Under the pieces are notes generated by a model, which was not told where the DNA came from, searched no databases, and saw only the letters and a list, made by a program, of their open reading frames with translations. A DNA stretch of 64,000 nt from Octopus vulgaris (Eukaryota), in the NCBI GenBank assembly GCA_951406725.2, contig OX597827.1:29264001-29328000 (forward strand), read 5' to 3'. A program made the translations under genes and the position numbers. Below, piece after piece: positions 24,768-38,763 of this stretch (its first letter is position 1; each line of letters starts with the position of its first letter).

Positions 24768-25177
24768 CATACATACGTACATACATGCATACATACATAC
24801 ATACATACATACATACATACATACATACATACATACATACATACATACATACATACATACATACATAGAGAGAGAGAGTTTGTGATGCAGATAAACACAA
24901 TTAGGCTTGACTCATACATGCAAACTCACAAACACACACACATACATACATACATTCATACATGCACACGTACGTACATACATACACACATATATATGTG
25001 TGCGTGTCTGAATGTGTGTTTGTATACTAATATATTTACATAGACAAATAAAAACACACAATACTAAAAAGAGAATAAATAATTACTTAGTTCGACAGCT
25101 GTATATACATATATATATATATATATATACATAACTATACATATATATATATATATATAAACACATATATATATACA

Positions 25178-25213
<36 letters not shown>

Positions 25214-25974
25214 TGTATGTATGTATGTATGTATGTATGTATGTAGGCAATATACGGAAGCCTACTTTACATATTACCCTGGCTGTTATATCAGAATTGT
25301 TTTCATTTACCTCTCAACAATCAACTTGTATTCAGACAACAAAACTCGTTATCTTTACTATTTGAGAACAACATAAATATATGCCGTGTGATAAATGCTA
25401 CCCTGTGATGTACGCTTAGTATTTAATGGTATTTAACATAATTACTTTCTCTCTTATTGTTGATATCAATTTGACGTTATAGTTTCGTTGGTCTCAATGA
25501 TAGCAAGACTGGTGGGTGAAGACAGTGTGATATCTTATCATTGCTATATTGTGCACAGGTCGTCAATAAAAGCAATATTGATAATTATAACATACAGCTA
25601 TGTGATTGATTAGTATTCACAATCTTTCTTTCTCTCTCTCTCTTTCTCTTTCTCTCTTTCCCTCTCTCTCTCTCGTTCTTATTCATTCTCTTCCTGTTTT
25701 CTCTCTTTCCCCACCTTCGATCTATCACGTGTGTGTATGTGTGTGTGTGGATGTGTGATTGTATGTATCTACAAAAACACATCCACCCATACGTTTATAT
25801 AAACATATATATGTGTCTGTGTGTGTGCGTGCGTGCGTGTGTAACTATGTATGTATCTATCTATGTATGTATGCATATAATTATAAATTCTGTATGTGGT
25901 GTGTGCGTTTGCATATGAATATGTTCATATATACATATATATGTATGCACATAACATACATATATATAGAGTGA

Positions 25975-25975
25975 T

Positions 25976-26062
<87 letters not shown>

Positions 26063-26129
26063 CAGACACAGACAGATAGATAGATAGACAGATAGACAGA
26101 TAGATAGATAGATAGATAGATAGAGAGAG

Positions 26130-26220
<91 letters not shown>
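25975..26220. repeat. (GATA)n/(GACA)n microsatellite
   Basis: Direct inspection. Confidence 0.95.
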
Positions 26221-26286
26221 CGCTTTATATATATATATGTATGTATGTATATGTAGTAGATGTGTATTTTTATGTATTCATGTATG

Positions 26287-26922
26287 TCATTATTCAGTTT
26301 ATTTCTAGATTTCTTGCCAATAGAAAAAGGATCGGTTTAAAACCTACATTTAGGGCTCCTTCATTAGAACTTCAACATCAACAACAGAGTATTTTTGTTT
26401 GTATGTTTGTATGTATGTATCTATGTACGTAGGTATGGGTGTATATTTTATGTATGCATTCTTGTGCATATAGTTGCATATCTAGACATGCTTATTTATA
26501 TTTAAATGATAAAATTCTGCAAAGTTTTATAGATTTTTACGGTTCCAGCGATGGATTGGATCTGTAGTCTTCGAATTAGCTTTCTCTTTTCTGGTTTTGA
26601 GAAGCCTAATTTCTCAAGATTGTTATTTAGTCATTGTGTTATATATCCCATGACCCCAATATTTACAGGTATAGACCTGGACTTGCAATCTTGATAGAGT
26701 AACTGCAGAATTTTCAATAGTTCAGCATAGGTGTTCTCTTTTTCACTGATCTTCAGCTTTATGTTAACATCCGTTGGGCAGCTTTTTTCCACAATTCTAC
26801 ACAATTTCCCTTCTCTCTCCCAAATCATTATATCAGGTCTGTTGCGCTTACATTTTATTGAGGTCTTCACTGGGACATTCTACCAGTACTCCCTTTTATT
26901 ATGAGTGGCAATAGCTTCTACC
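26287..26922 (-). mobile_element. R4/Dong-type non-LTR retrotransposon 3' fragment (restriction-like endonuclease + 3' UTR), flanked by (TATG)n
   Basis: NRPDIMIW...IVEKSCPTDVNI...EKENTYAEL...PVNIGVMG matches the RLE signature. Confidence 0.8.
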
Positions 26923-27947
26923 ATATATATGTATGAATGTATGTATGTATGTATGTATGTATGTATGTATGTATGTATGTATGTATGTATGTATGTATGT
27001 ATGTATGCATGTATGCATGTACGTAGTGGTCAGAATTTTAAGAAATTCAGTCGAGTACTTCACTGAGCAGTGATATCCGGACTAACTGAATTCTTATTGT
27101 AGCCAAGATGGAGCAAATGTCTATCAGTGTGATACAGCTAGATGCAAGCATGATGTAATGTACAAAGATGAAGTGTAAAATTTGACGTGTGATTCCTTGG
27201 CAAGCGATTTGGTGTTCCGCACTCACGATTTGAAAATGTATCAAATTTTTAATCTTTGTCCTAATTGATATGAAGAAACGGAATTGTATTTCTGTGTGCC
27301 AACGTACTGTTCCTGAAATTTGGGAAAACAGTAGGGAACAAGGGATCGAGTAGCCCTGAAAAAGAAAAGATAATAAAAGACCACACATTTGGGTTGAAAG
27401 TGTAGTAAATTTAACAGAGGTCAGCACATGATTAATGTTAATTGTTAATTATTTTGTCGATCATAGATTGGTGAAAATAACAAACTGGCCGCTGGATTTC
27501 AGAACAAACTCATAGACATTTCGTTATGAAGCGTTGAACTAACCAATCAACGGAGTAAGTAGACACAAGAATAGCTATAACAAGGTTTCAGTTTTCTGCG
27601 GCGGATGTCATGCTCATTAGTAATTTAAATCAGTCTTTAATATGTAAAACAGTACGGATTAGCTAATTGATAATATTGTGTGTGAGTGTGTGTTTGTCTG
27701 TCTGTCTGTATCTCTGTGTATGCATGTACTTGTATTTATGTGTGTGTTGAGAGACGATAGACAAATAGACACAACACGTTTATAGATACATAGATATTAT
27801 ATAGATCTATAGATAAATGTATATACAGATGCATTTACGTAGGTTGGACGATCGATAAAGATACATGGATACATAGATTGATAGAAATATATAGTCAGAC
27901 AGACAGACAGGCATTTTGACAGACAGATATAAAATATGCTGACACAC

Positions 27948-28045
<98 letters not shown>

Positions 28046-28741
28046 GTAGACAAAGAACTTGCTAAATAAAGTATCCAGAAATAAATAAATCGACTTATAA
28101 AGTTTTCGTTCTCCGTTAAACTCTGCCAAGTCATAACGAAATCACAGAAGCATACAGGAAATCATCAAACGACGTGAAGTTTGATTTTTTTTTAAAATCT
28201 ATTATACTAACATCAAATAATACGATAATCGATTGACTGATCAGTTCTTTTTAATGACCATCTTAATACCAATCAAGCTTTTTTCTTTCATAACACCAAA
28301 AACGCTCTATAGAAGTTTTGCTGACCTCTCATCAAAAAATATAAACATTTAAAGTTTATCTTGTAATAACACAACTGAACTAACGATGTTCCTAATATCT
28401 AATGTAATTATCTTTGTTTTACTACTTCTAAATTTTCTTTTCTTTCTAATTATTAATACTATTACTAAAATTTTGTCATTATTCTCTGAATGTTTGTTAG
28501 TTTCTTGTCTTTGTTCTGCCATCTTTGCTTCGCTTTGTTTCATTAAATAGGCCATTGTAGGAAGTCTAAACTAATTACTCTGTAAACAATGGATCTCTGT
28601 AACAATGTATCAATAGTTAAACTCACAATAAAATATTAAATAACTAAATTCTACTGTTTGTGCTTCCTTCACTTCAACAATTTCTTCCGACACTCTCGGC
28701 GTAACTCCATTGTTTGTTGAAATTCGACACAAGACATCTTC

Positions 28742-28825
<84 letters not shown>

Positions 28826-28840
28826 ATGTATGTATGTATG

Positions 28841-28890
<50 letters not shown>

Positions 28891-29571
28891 TATATATAGA
28901 TATAGATATAGATATATATATGAATGTATGTACTGGTAGGTATGTATACGTATATACGTGAATATATATATACACGTATACACATTTATATATATTTCAA
29001 CAGTTCCACATATATTGGTGGCATCCTTTTTGTCTCGGGAGACAATGGAGTTGCGCATAAAATAATCTAATATATATATATGCATCATATTATGTAGACA
29101 GGAGCACACATGTCAAGGGGGGATAAAAATTTTAATAAACACTTTGTGGTTTAGATCCCCATTAGTCAAACATTCAAACGTAAGCCACTTCTGATTGTTA
29201 AAATGGCGTTGATTCTTTTATGATTCCTGATACGAAGACGAATACCGAAAAAGACTGATTGACAATGTAGCAATACTCTACCATACACTGTACACCTTTT
29301 ATATCTCGAACCGTGAAATACGCTGTTATAATAGGATATGGGAGCATAATGTAAATTGTTGAAGAGATGCCATGAGACAAGAAAGAAGTACGCAATACTT
29401 GAAAGCAGAGTTGAGTATTTTTTAAATTTTATTCATGTCGGGAGTATTCGAGAATGGGTCCAGATATGTCTAATAAATGCAAATCTAGTAACAATACAAT
29501 GTAATTCAAGTCATTACTAATTTTCGGTTGAGTTTAAATGAAACTCAGAGTAACGTAGCTTTCATTGATAA

Positions 29572-29960
29572 TCTCTCTATATATAAAGCTGAAGTTTGTG
29601 TATGGCAGGTTTGGTAGCCTTCAACTAACACTATCTCCTCTGAGACCCTGCGGCGCAAGTTGACCAAAATTGAGAGTATGATAGAAGAAGGCTTGTTCTT
29701 CATTCTGTAGAAGATAAAATTCAAATCGGACCATGATAAGACCAAAAATTATTTACATCAAAAAGGTGATTTTTTTCTATGAAAATCCCTATTTTTTACG
29801 ATTTTTTGACTGCTGTGTTGCCATTTTTCGGTGTATTTCAACCAGAAAAATGTTCACTTAAAGCGAACAACAAGCTGCATAATGCAAAAGTTTTACTTTT
29901 CAAAAATTCCAATTCTAAATGGTCGAAACAAACCCGAGCAACGCCGGGCGATACTGCTAG
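29572..29960 (+). mobile_element. Non-autonomous Helitron
   Basis: A|TCTCTCTATATATAAAG ... CCCGAGCAACGCCGGGCGATACTGCTAG|T. Confidence 0.8.
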
Positions 29961-30561
29961 TATACTTTAAAAGTAAATTCAGTAGAGAAAAGCGTTGAAG
30001 CCGGTAATTTCATCAGGAAGTTGTTCAAAGTCCGAAAACTGCCCGGATTGAAACCTAGCAGAATATTGCTGAGTTATTTTGATAGGACATAAGTATTTGT
30101 TACATACGCGAAAGATTACGTTACATACAAAGAATTGCAAGTGAAGCGATAGTCTAAAGCTATTAAGATTGGTTTTGTGCTACAGAAAATCTACGCAGTG
30201 GAATTTTAAATGTGGCTGAATAAAAATCCCATTGATTAAATGCTCTCTTGCTGTCAAAATCTTGAAATATCTGAACAATCAGATGAGATTTGATGTGAGA
30301 TAAACTTTGAGTAAGTCACACACTTGACATAATTTTTGAAGCTCATCGGCATGTATCAGGTCCATTGATATAACCACTCCACACCTTAATGAATGCTATC
30401 TGTAGACGAAAATAATTTAAACATGAATATGTAGCCTTCATTTTCTTTTTTTTTTTTCTGCTTCCTCTACATTTTACAGTGTTTTAGTATTTTCCGATTT
30501 TATTTTTTACAAGCCTTGCATTTTTGGTAATTTTTCATGTTTTTGCTCTTAGTGTTTTTTC

Positions 30562-30866
30562 TTGTTGTTTGTTCCTTCTCAAGCCATGCCTGACTCATAG
30601 GACCGGTTTCCCGCTTTCCTTGGCGTATAGGTTCCCCACCTGGACGGGACGCCGGTCCGTCGCAGGTGAGCTGCAAGATGCAGGAGGAAAATGTGTGAGA
30701 AAGTTGTGGCAAGTGTCAGCAGAAGTTCGCCATTACCTTCTGCCGGAGCCGCGTGGAGCTTAGGTGTTTCGCTCATAAATACACACATCGTCCGGTTTGA
30801 GATTCGAACCCGCAATCCCTCAACCGCGAGTCCGCTGCTCTAACCACTAGGCCATGTGCCTCCACA
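30562..30866 (-). mobile_element. SINE-C (tRNA-Arg-like head, octopus OR-type) with V-domain-like body
   Basis: GTGGAGGCACATGGCCTAGTGGTTAGAGCAGCGGACTCGCGG...GGTTCGAATCTC; CCTGCGACGGACCGGCGTCCCGTCCAGG. Confidence 0.8.
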
Positions 30867-31058
30867 CAGTGTTTTGTCTTACTTACTCATATTCTTCTTC
30901 ACTCTATCTCGCACCTTATTTCTGTTTCTTCTTGTGTCTATTATTGTCAATTTGAGGCGCTTCATTTTCTTTTTCTTTCTCTTCACGCCAAACATCGACT
31001 TCTTTTTATACTAATCATTGAGTAAGAATTTATTTTCTTGTTTGACTTGATTTATATT

Positions 31059-31117
31059 TGAACCCAGAACCATATGGTTGGGAAGCAAGTTTCTTACCAT
31101 ACAGTACGCCTGCGCCT
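31059..31117 (-). mobile_element. SINE-A head fragment
   Basis: GGCGCAGGCGTACTGTATGGTAAGAAACTTGCTTCCCAACC. Confidence 0.7.
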
Positions 31118-31714
31118 ACGTTGTATTATTGTTGCGTTGTTTGCCTAACTTTCTCTTCTTAAGCCAAACATCACGGCTTTTCATCGTCGTCTCTTTGCGT
31201 AAACATGGTGAATGAGAGGCACGTACTTAATTGCAATGAGAAAATTAATTAATAGAAATAATCTATAAACAAAAATCATATTCAAAATGCTAGCATAGTC
31301 TGGCGTTTCGTTAATGTTTGAATTTGTGCCGAAAGCGCTGTCTGGTTATATATGTAATGAGATACTGAAAAGAAATATCGGAGAGGAGAGAGAGTTTAAT
31401 TAAAAAAGCAGAAACAGAAAAACACAATCGCTTCTTCTAATCTGACTCACCAATAAAGTTTTAATTATACTTACCAAGCAATAATACGTTATACTTTACG
31501 ATTTTGTAATCATAACGATGCTTAATGAGATAAATGCAAATGTCGGACTGAGAGAGATCGAATTTAAAGAAAACAATTGTTTCTGCTTAGCTAACGATTA
31601 CTTACGAATGCTTAATCATAAAATTAAGATTAATTATTATAAATAATGTACGAAGACGAAGACGAAACAAAGATTCAAGAAGTCCGTTATAGTTTTCTTC
31701 TTTGTAAAATTTCA

Positions 31715-31850
31715 GTGGAGGCACGCGGCTTAGTGATTAGTGTGTCAGCACCATGATCGTAAGAGTGTGGTTTCGATTCCTGGCCCGGGCGACGCGTTTT
31801 GTTCTTACGTTGCCCCAGTTCACTCAGCTGGCAAAAATGAGTAACGCCAC
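31715..31850 (+). mobile_element. SINE C/D-type head fragment
   Basis: GTGGAGGCACGCGGCTTAGTG...GGTTTCGATTCC. Confidence 0.6.
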
Positions 31851-32074
31851 AAAAACCGGAAGCCTGGCTAGGCTTGATAGGGGCGACGTTTATCGTTTTT
31901 GCAAGATTACACCAATCAACAATAATTTATTGGTAATCATGAAATTGATCAAAGGAAATGATTAATGAAGAATAAAAGATTGTAGAGCTGAGATGCTTTC
32001 TGCTTTGAAAAATTTAAATAATCTGCTGAAATCTCTTGCATGACGACATACGTTATGAAGCATCGGTTTCAAGT

Positions 32075-32800
32075 TTTGGCACAAGGCCAGCAAGTTATGG
32101 GGAGGCGTTAAGTCGATCACATCGACCCCACTGAACAATTGGAACTTATTTTATCGACTCCAATGCTCTTTTCTACTCTAGGCACAAGGCCCGAAATTTT
32201 GGGGGAGGGGATCAGCCAATTAGATCGACCCCAGTACGCAACTGGTACATAATTTATTGACCTCGAAAAGATGAAAGGCAAAGTCGACCTCGGCGGAATT
32301 TGAACTCAGAACGTAACGGCTGACGAAATACCTATTTCTATTTCTTTACTACCCACAAGGGTCTAAACACAGAGGGGACAAACAAGGACAGACAAACGGA
32401 TTAAGTCGATTACATCGACCCCAGTGCTTAACTGGTACTTAATTTATCGACCCTGAAAGGATGAAAGGCAAAGTCGACCTCGGCGGAATTTGAACTCAGA
32501 ACGTAACGGCTGACGAAATACTGCTAAGCATTTCGCCCGGCGTGCTAACGATTCTACCAGCTCGCCGCCTTCTTACATCGACCCCAATGCCCATCTGGAA
32601 CTTAACTTACCGACCCTAATGCCCGTCTGGAACTTATTTTATCGACCCCACTGCCAATCTGGAGCTTATTTTATCGATCCCGGAACGATGAAAGGTAAAA
32701 TCAGCTTTGGCAGAATTTAAACACAGACTGTAAAGCGGACGAAATGCCCGTTAAGCGTTATCGCCGGCGTTTTAACGATTCTGTTAGCTCGCCGACTTAC
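32075..32800 (-). mobile_element. Cluster of nested or dimeric SINE-B copies with an internal ~33-bp tandem
   Basis: Long-tail copy 32335-32570 is joined to the internal GGTATTTCGTC site of another copy. Repeated ATCGACCCC...CTGGAACTTA units. Confidence 0.85.
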
Positions 32801-34399
32801 GTAATGGAAAATTAAGAGTAAATTTTTGGAGCATGAGATATTAGTTTTAAAAATTCATTCTGCTTGTGGGAGACGCCAAGGAACAAATTACTATGTTTAC
32901 CGAGGAACAAATTACGAAACAATCTGTGTACCGTACCTCCTGTATATACACTACTGAAATGTACGCTGTTGCGGTTTTCACCCGAGAGGAAATTTTGTGT
33001 AGTGTAAAAAGAGGAATTTATGTCAGAGCGAGGCGAACAACATTTCAATAATGAATCAGGAGAACGCCAGATGCATTTCAGCGTCTGTGTGACTTGTCTA
33101 AGACGTGCGCCCATAAGTCAAATGCCTAAACGAAATTGACCCCTCCGTTGTATCGAAAACATTGAAAAATACATTCAGTGATACTGCGGAAAGGTTTTGA
33201 GGTTGTAATAAACTGCATGTATGCAATTGAAACAACATTAAATTAAAATAACAACCTGCGTAATATACAATGCTATATAACCTATTAAAATGCATAGTGT
33301 GGTAGTGGATAAAGGCTCAAAAAGTACGAAACGCGTCTAGCGTTTCGCGGGTTACTGTCGAGATGATATTTGCCTCGCTTCAAAATATATTTCGTTTTAA
33401 AAACAGTATGCATATGAATAGATATTCTCTCAGACGGAAACCACAGCATCATGCCTTTCAGTGGTGTATATTTTTTATATATCGGACACAGAGGACGGCT
33501 TTTATTTGATGCTGTTTCAATCGCATACAGCGAATATATGTTTACGTATTTGTAATCATGACGAAGTTTCGAGATTTCAGTCTTGAATCGAAAGCGCTGA
33601 TTGGCTGCTACTGTCAGTAAGTGTTATAAGGATTAGTCTAAAATCGAATGTATTTGTGTCTGAATAAGTGATAGCTATCATATATTATATATATGTTCTG
33701 TAGGGAATTCTGATTTCTCTTTCCCTCGACAAAATAAAGATAATAGATAGGGGATAATACTAGGAGATAAGTCAACTGAAATAATTCATATATAAGATGG
33801 GCTTTGGTAACGTAGGCCTAGCATAGACATTAGCACTATATGGGAGCTTTCAATGTAGAAAAAACGGAAGATTAAGCTCTCGATTTAAGATAGGTTTGAA
33901 TTTTAAAATAGGCACCGGACTTAACACTATAAGTACAGACTTGTCCGCCTAAATGCCTTCAAGGCGGCGCCCCAGCATGGCCGAGTTCAAAGGACTGGAA
34001 AAGTAAAAGATAAAAGAAATAATGATTATATTCATAGCCGAAATGTTAGCAACCTTGTTGGTTTCTTATAAAATAGAAGAAACCCAAATGGTAAGCAAAA
34101 ACTGGTTTTAAATACAGGATTCTGTTTAGTTGTTTAGTACATCTGTGAGACGGTGTGATGGCCTTAAAGTTTGTACGTTGAGGGGATTATCTTGTGGGTG
34201 AATCTTTAAGCAGCAGTACATATGTAGTATGTTAAACTCTCGTTCCTTGTATTGGAAAGCAACATATATTTTTTGAAGGTCTACAGTGCTAATTTATATA
34301 ATTTGAATGTGTGCAGTGATTTCTTTGAGAGATTCCTGGTTTGCACGCCAAAGTCCTTGCCATAGAAGTAGGCGCCGGTGTATACGACTGTGTGTGTGA

Positions 34400-34445
<46 letters not shown>

Positions 34446-34479
34446 GTGCGTGCGTGTGTGTGCAGGCTCGTGTGTCTGT

Positions 34480-34805
34480 AGGCGCATGGCTCAGTGGTTA
34501 GAGCGTCGATCGTGACGTTATGAGTTCGAATCCCGGACCGGGCTACGTGTTGTGTTCTTGGGCAAGACACTTTATTTCACGTTCCTCCAGTTCACTCAGC
34601 TGTAGAAATGAGTTGCGACGTCACAGGTGCCAAGCTGTATCGGCACCTTTGCTTTTCCCTTGGATAACATCGGTGGCATGGAGAGGAGGGGCTTGTATGC
34701 ATGGGCGACTGCTGGTCTTCCATAAACAGCCTTGCCTGGACTTGTGCCTGGGAAGGTAACTTTCTAGGCGCAATCCCAGGGTCAGTCATGACCGAACGGG
34801 GTCTC
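34480..34805 (+). mobile_element. SINE-D
   Basis: Homologous to 9231-9621 without the tandem expansion. Confidence 0.85.
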
Positions 34806-35367
34806 AGCAGTCTTGTATGTGTGTGTGTGTAGGCGCGTGTGAATGTGTGTGCGCGAGAGCGTGAATATGTGTGTGTGCGCGCGCGCAAATATGCATACGA
34901 TCTCATAAAAAACACTGCTTCTAGAAAGAGGAACGAGAACCCTAAACCCAATGACCAGCATTTCCAACTGGATCTGGTCCAGAAGGAATCACAGAAAACT
35001 CCAGAAGTTAGAATCTTCACGTTGGGTTAAACTGGCTCCCAAGACCATCCAAAGGGACATGACTCAGGGGCACCCGACCCCTTAGAAAGCTGCAGGTTAC
35101 AACTGAAATATAATCAAGAAATCTAGCAGCTGACTTGTATCCTGGATTCACGATCTGAATGCGGAGTGGCCCCCCCTTCTGAAGTGTATTTTAATGCGAG
35201 GCATTCATTTTGGATTAATAAATATTTTTAGGTATTTTAGACTTATTATTAAGTTGTCTTTCCTCAACAGCGCTACACAGGTCTTTTCTAAATCACTAGG
35301 TTTTGTTTTATATTCCGCAATATTTCAAGCAAACTACGAAACAACTCCCCCATATCTCTCTATATAG

Positions 35368-35730
35368 GAGCACTCCGTCGGTTACGATGACAAGTATCTC
35401 AGTTGATACGATCAACGGAACAGCTTACTCCTGAAATTAACGTGCAAGTGGTTGAGCACTCGACAGACATGTGTACCTTTAACGTTGTTCTCGGGGAGAT
35501 TCAGCATGCCACAGAGTGTGACAATGCTAGCCCTTTGAAATACAGGCATAACAGAAACAGGAAGAAAGAGTGAGAGAAAGTTATGGTGAAAGGGTACAGC
35601 AGGGTTCGCCACCACACCCTGCCGGATCCTCCTGGAGCTTTAGGTGGTTTCGCTAATAAACAAACTCAACGCCCGATCTGGGAATCGAAACCACGATCCT
35701 ACGACTGCGAGTCCGCTGCCCTAACCACTG
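35368..35730 (-). mobile_element. SINE-C
   Basis: Reverse complement of the 36783-37150 family. Confidence 0.85.
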
Positions 35731-36133
35731 TGTACTTTGATATAAAGCAAACTATAATGCAGTCAGCTCCTCAGTGTTATGTTTGAAAGAAAAGGTGTTC
35801 TTTTCATATTTAAATACACTTCTACACGAGGAATCACGAAATGTGTTGCGCATCAACATCCAGGAGGATGTTGATCGAACGTCAAATAGGCATGTTGTCT
35901 CAGGACACGAGAACATTACCATCGGAAATTGCTCAATTAAAAGAGAGAAACAAAAAAAAAAGAAGACGAAAGACATTGAAAATCAATAAGGAAGAAGAAA
36001 GATTTGTTTGAACTCTGCTTAGCGATCGACAATGAACAGTCTTTGCTGTCATGAGCAGTAAACAACATCGTAGGAATTGAGTCGTTTTAACTGGAATATA
36101 TTGTTGTCTACATATGAACAACACATTTCTTAA

Positions 36134-36264
<131 letters not shown>

Positions 36265-36782
36265 CCTGATCAAATTACACTCGTTAATTTTCAGTACAAA
36301 CTTCCGCCTTAAAGGAAAATATGGAGAAAATAGAAAGTCAGCCTCGAATTGGTTTATCAGTCTCTCGAGAGTTTTCGTGATAAAAGTATATTAAAAATTT
36401 ATGGTAAACAGCAAGACTTATTCAGGTGTGAAGGCAATAAATAAAGATCTAAATACATCAACAAAACACAGTTAACAAGAATCTTAAACAAGCTCTTACA
36501 GGACCTGAAATATAACGATAAAATTGTGATACGTAAAAGCAATAAGAGCGATCAGTTTGTTATTATCAACAAAGGCGAATACGCAGCAAAAATCGACAAA
36601 ACACTTTATGATGACACAAATTCGTTAGTATTAAGAAGGGTAGTAACAAAACACTAGAGGGCAGGGAACGGCAAAAGGTGTTCAAAGAAGGACCCTGACC
36701 TAATGTAAGTATTTCAGTCGTTAACCCCTTATATTCAACATACATATTTACAAACATATACGCATACAAGCACATATAGTGG

Positions 36783-37150
36783 ATGCTTACACTAATGCTT
36801 CAGTGGAGGCGCAATGGCCCAGTGGTTAGGGTAGCGGACTCGTGGTTGTAGGATCACGGTTTCGATTCCCAGACCGGGTGTTGTGAGTGTTTTTAGCGAA
36901 AACACCTAAGGTTCCACGAGGCTCCGGCAAGGGATGGTGGTGAACCCTGCTGTACTCTTTTACCACAACTTTCTCTGACTCTTTTTTCCTGTTTCTGTCG
37001 CATCTGTGTCACGCTGAATCTCCCCAAGAACTACGTTAAGGGGACGTGTGTCTGTAGCGTGCTCAGCAACTTGCTTGTTAATTTCACGAGAAAGGCTGTT
37101 TCGCTGATCGGAAAAACTGGAACACTCGTCGTCGCAACCGACAGAGTCGC
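36783..37150 (+). mobile_element. SINE-C with 20-nt 5' leader
   Basis: ATGCTTACACTAATGCTTCA + GTGGAGGCGCAATGGCCCAGTGG...GGTTTCGATTCC. Confidence 0.85.
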
Positions 37151-37207
37151 ACGTTTAAAGTACACTGCTTTGCAATGCACGAGAGAAAACTAAGTAGAAA
37201 TTCATTT

Positions 37208-37318
37208 GTGGCAAATAGCTTGCTTACCAACCATACAGTTCTGCGAACGTGTCTTCTGCTCGGGCCGACCAAAGCCATGTGAGTGGATTTGGTAGACGGA
37301 AACTGAAAGAAGCCCATC

Positions 37319-37372
<54 letters not shown>

Positions 37373-37590
37373 GTGTGTGTTTGTGTGTCTGTTTCTCTTC
37401 CCATCATCACTTGACAGCCAATGCTGGTGTGTTTACGTCTTCGTAACTTATTGGTTCGGCAAAAGAAAACGATGAAATAAGCACTAGGCACACAAAGAAA
37501 ACGTCCTGGAGTCGACTTGTTCGACTAAAGGCGGTTCTCAAGCATGACAGCAGTCAGATGACTGAAACATTTACAGGAGATAAAAGAGAA
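37208..37590 (+). mobile_element. SINE-A (internally deleted)
   Basis: TAGCTTGCTTACCAACC head; CR1-type tail. Confidence 0.8.
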
Positions 37591-38059
37591 AGAGATAGCC
37601 GTTAGCATTAACATCTTATATACATTTCCATGAAAAATATTTCAACGAAGAAAGTTTTATTAATACCAGAACACTGATAAAAATCAATACAGAGAAATAA
37701 ACAAGATCAATGCATGTGAAATACTCTGCGAACCTTATGCGATCACTGCCTTGTTAAGAAATTTTATTTCCATGATTTTTTGCTGCCGATTGTAAAAGGT
37801 GCGACCAATGTGATGTAACTGTTATTTCTGTCAAATGATGATGCAAAGAAGGTCTTGAAAACTTCACATTTAGGAACGCCATAGTTTTGAACTAAACATA
37901 AAGAACACACGAAGATAAATTTAATATGAAGATTTAACCTCGAACATAACTATGTGGTCAATAACATGTGTGAATATGTATTTATCAATCTTTTTAGCTC
38001 TCCATCTATGTATGCATGCATGTATGTATGCATATATATATATATATATACATATATAT

Positions 38060-38291
38060 ATTTCGTTACTACCCACAAGGAGCTAAACACAGAGGGGATA
38101 AACAAGGACAGACAAACGGATTAAGTCGATTACATCGACCCCAGTGCGTAACTGGTACTTAATTTATCGACCCCGAAAGAATGAAAGGCAAAGTCGACCT
38201 CGGCGGAATTTGAACTCAGAACGTAACGGCAGACGAAATACGGCTACGCATTTCGCCCGGCGTGCTAACGTTTCTGCCAGCTCGCAGCCTT
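38060..38291 (-). mobile_element. SINE-B, long tail
   Basis: Consensus match. Confidence 0.9.
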
Positions 38292-38293
38292 AA

Positions 38294-38762
<469 letters not shown>

Positions 38763-38763
38763 A

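Noticed and set aside
28349-28740. Short ORF MAYLMKQSEAK... and neighbouring DNA
   Set aside because: No recognisable domain or element boundaries; cannot be supported.
36803-36880. Functional tRNA genes
   Set aside because: All tRNA-like heads continue into SINE bodies, and I could not see proper cloverleaf acceptor stems.
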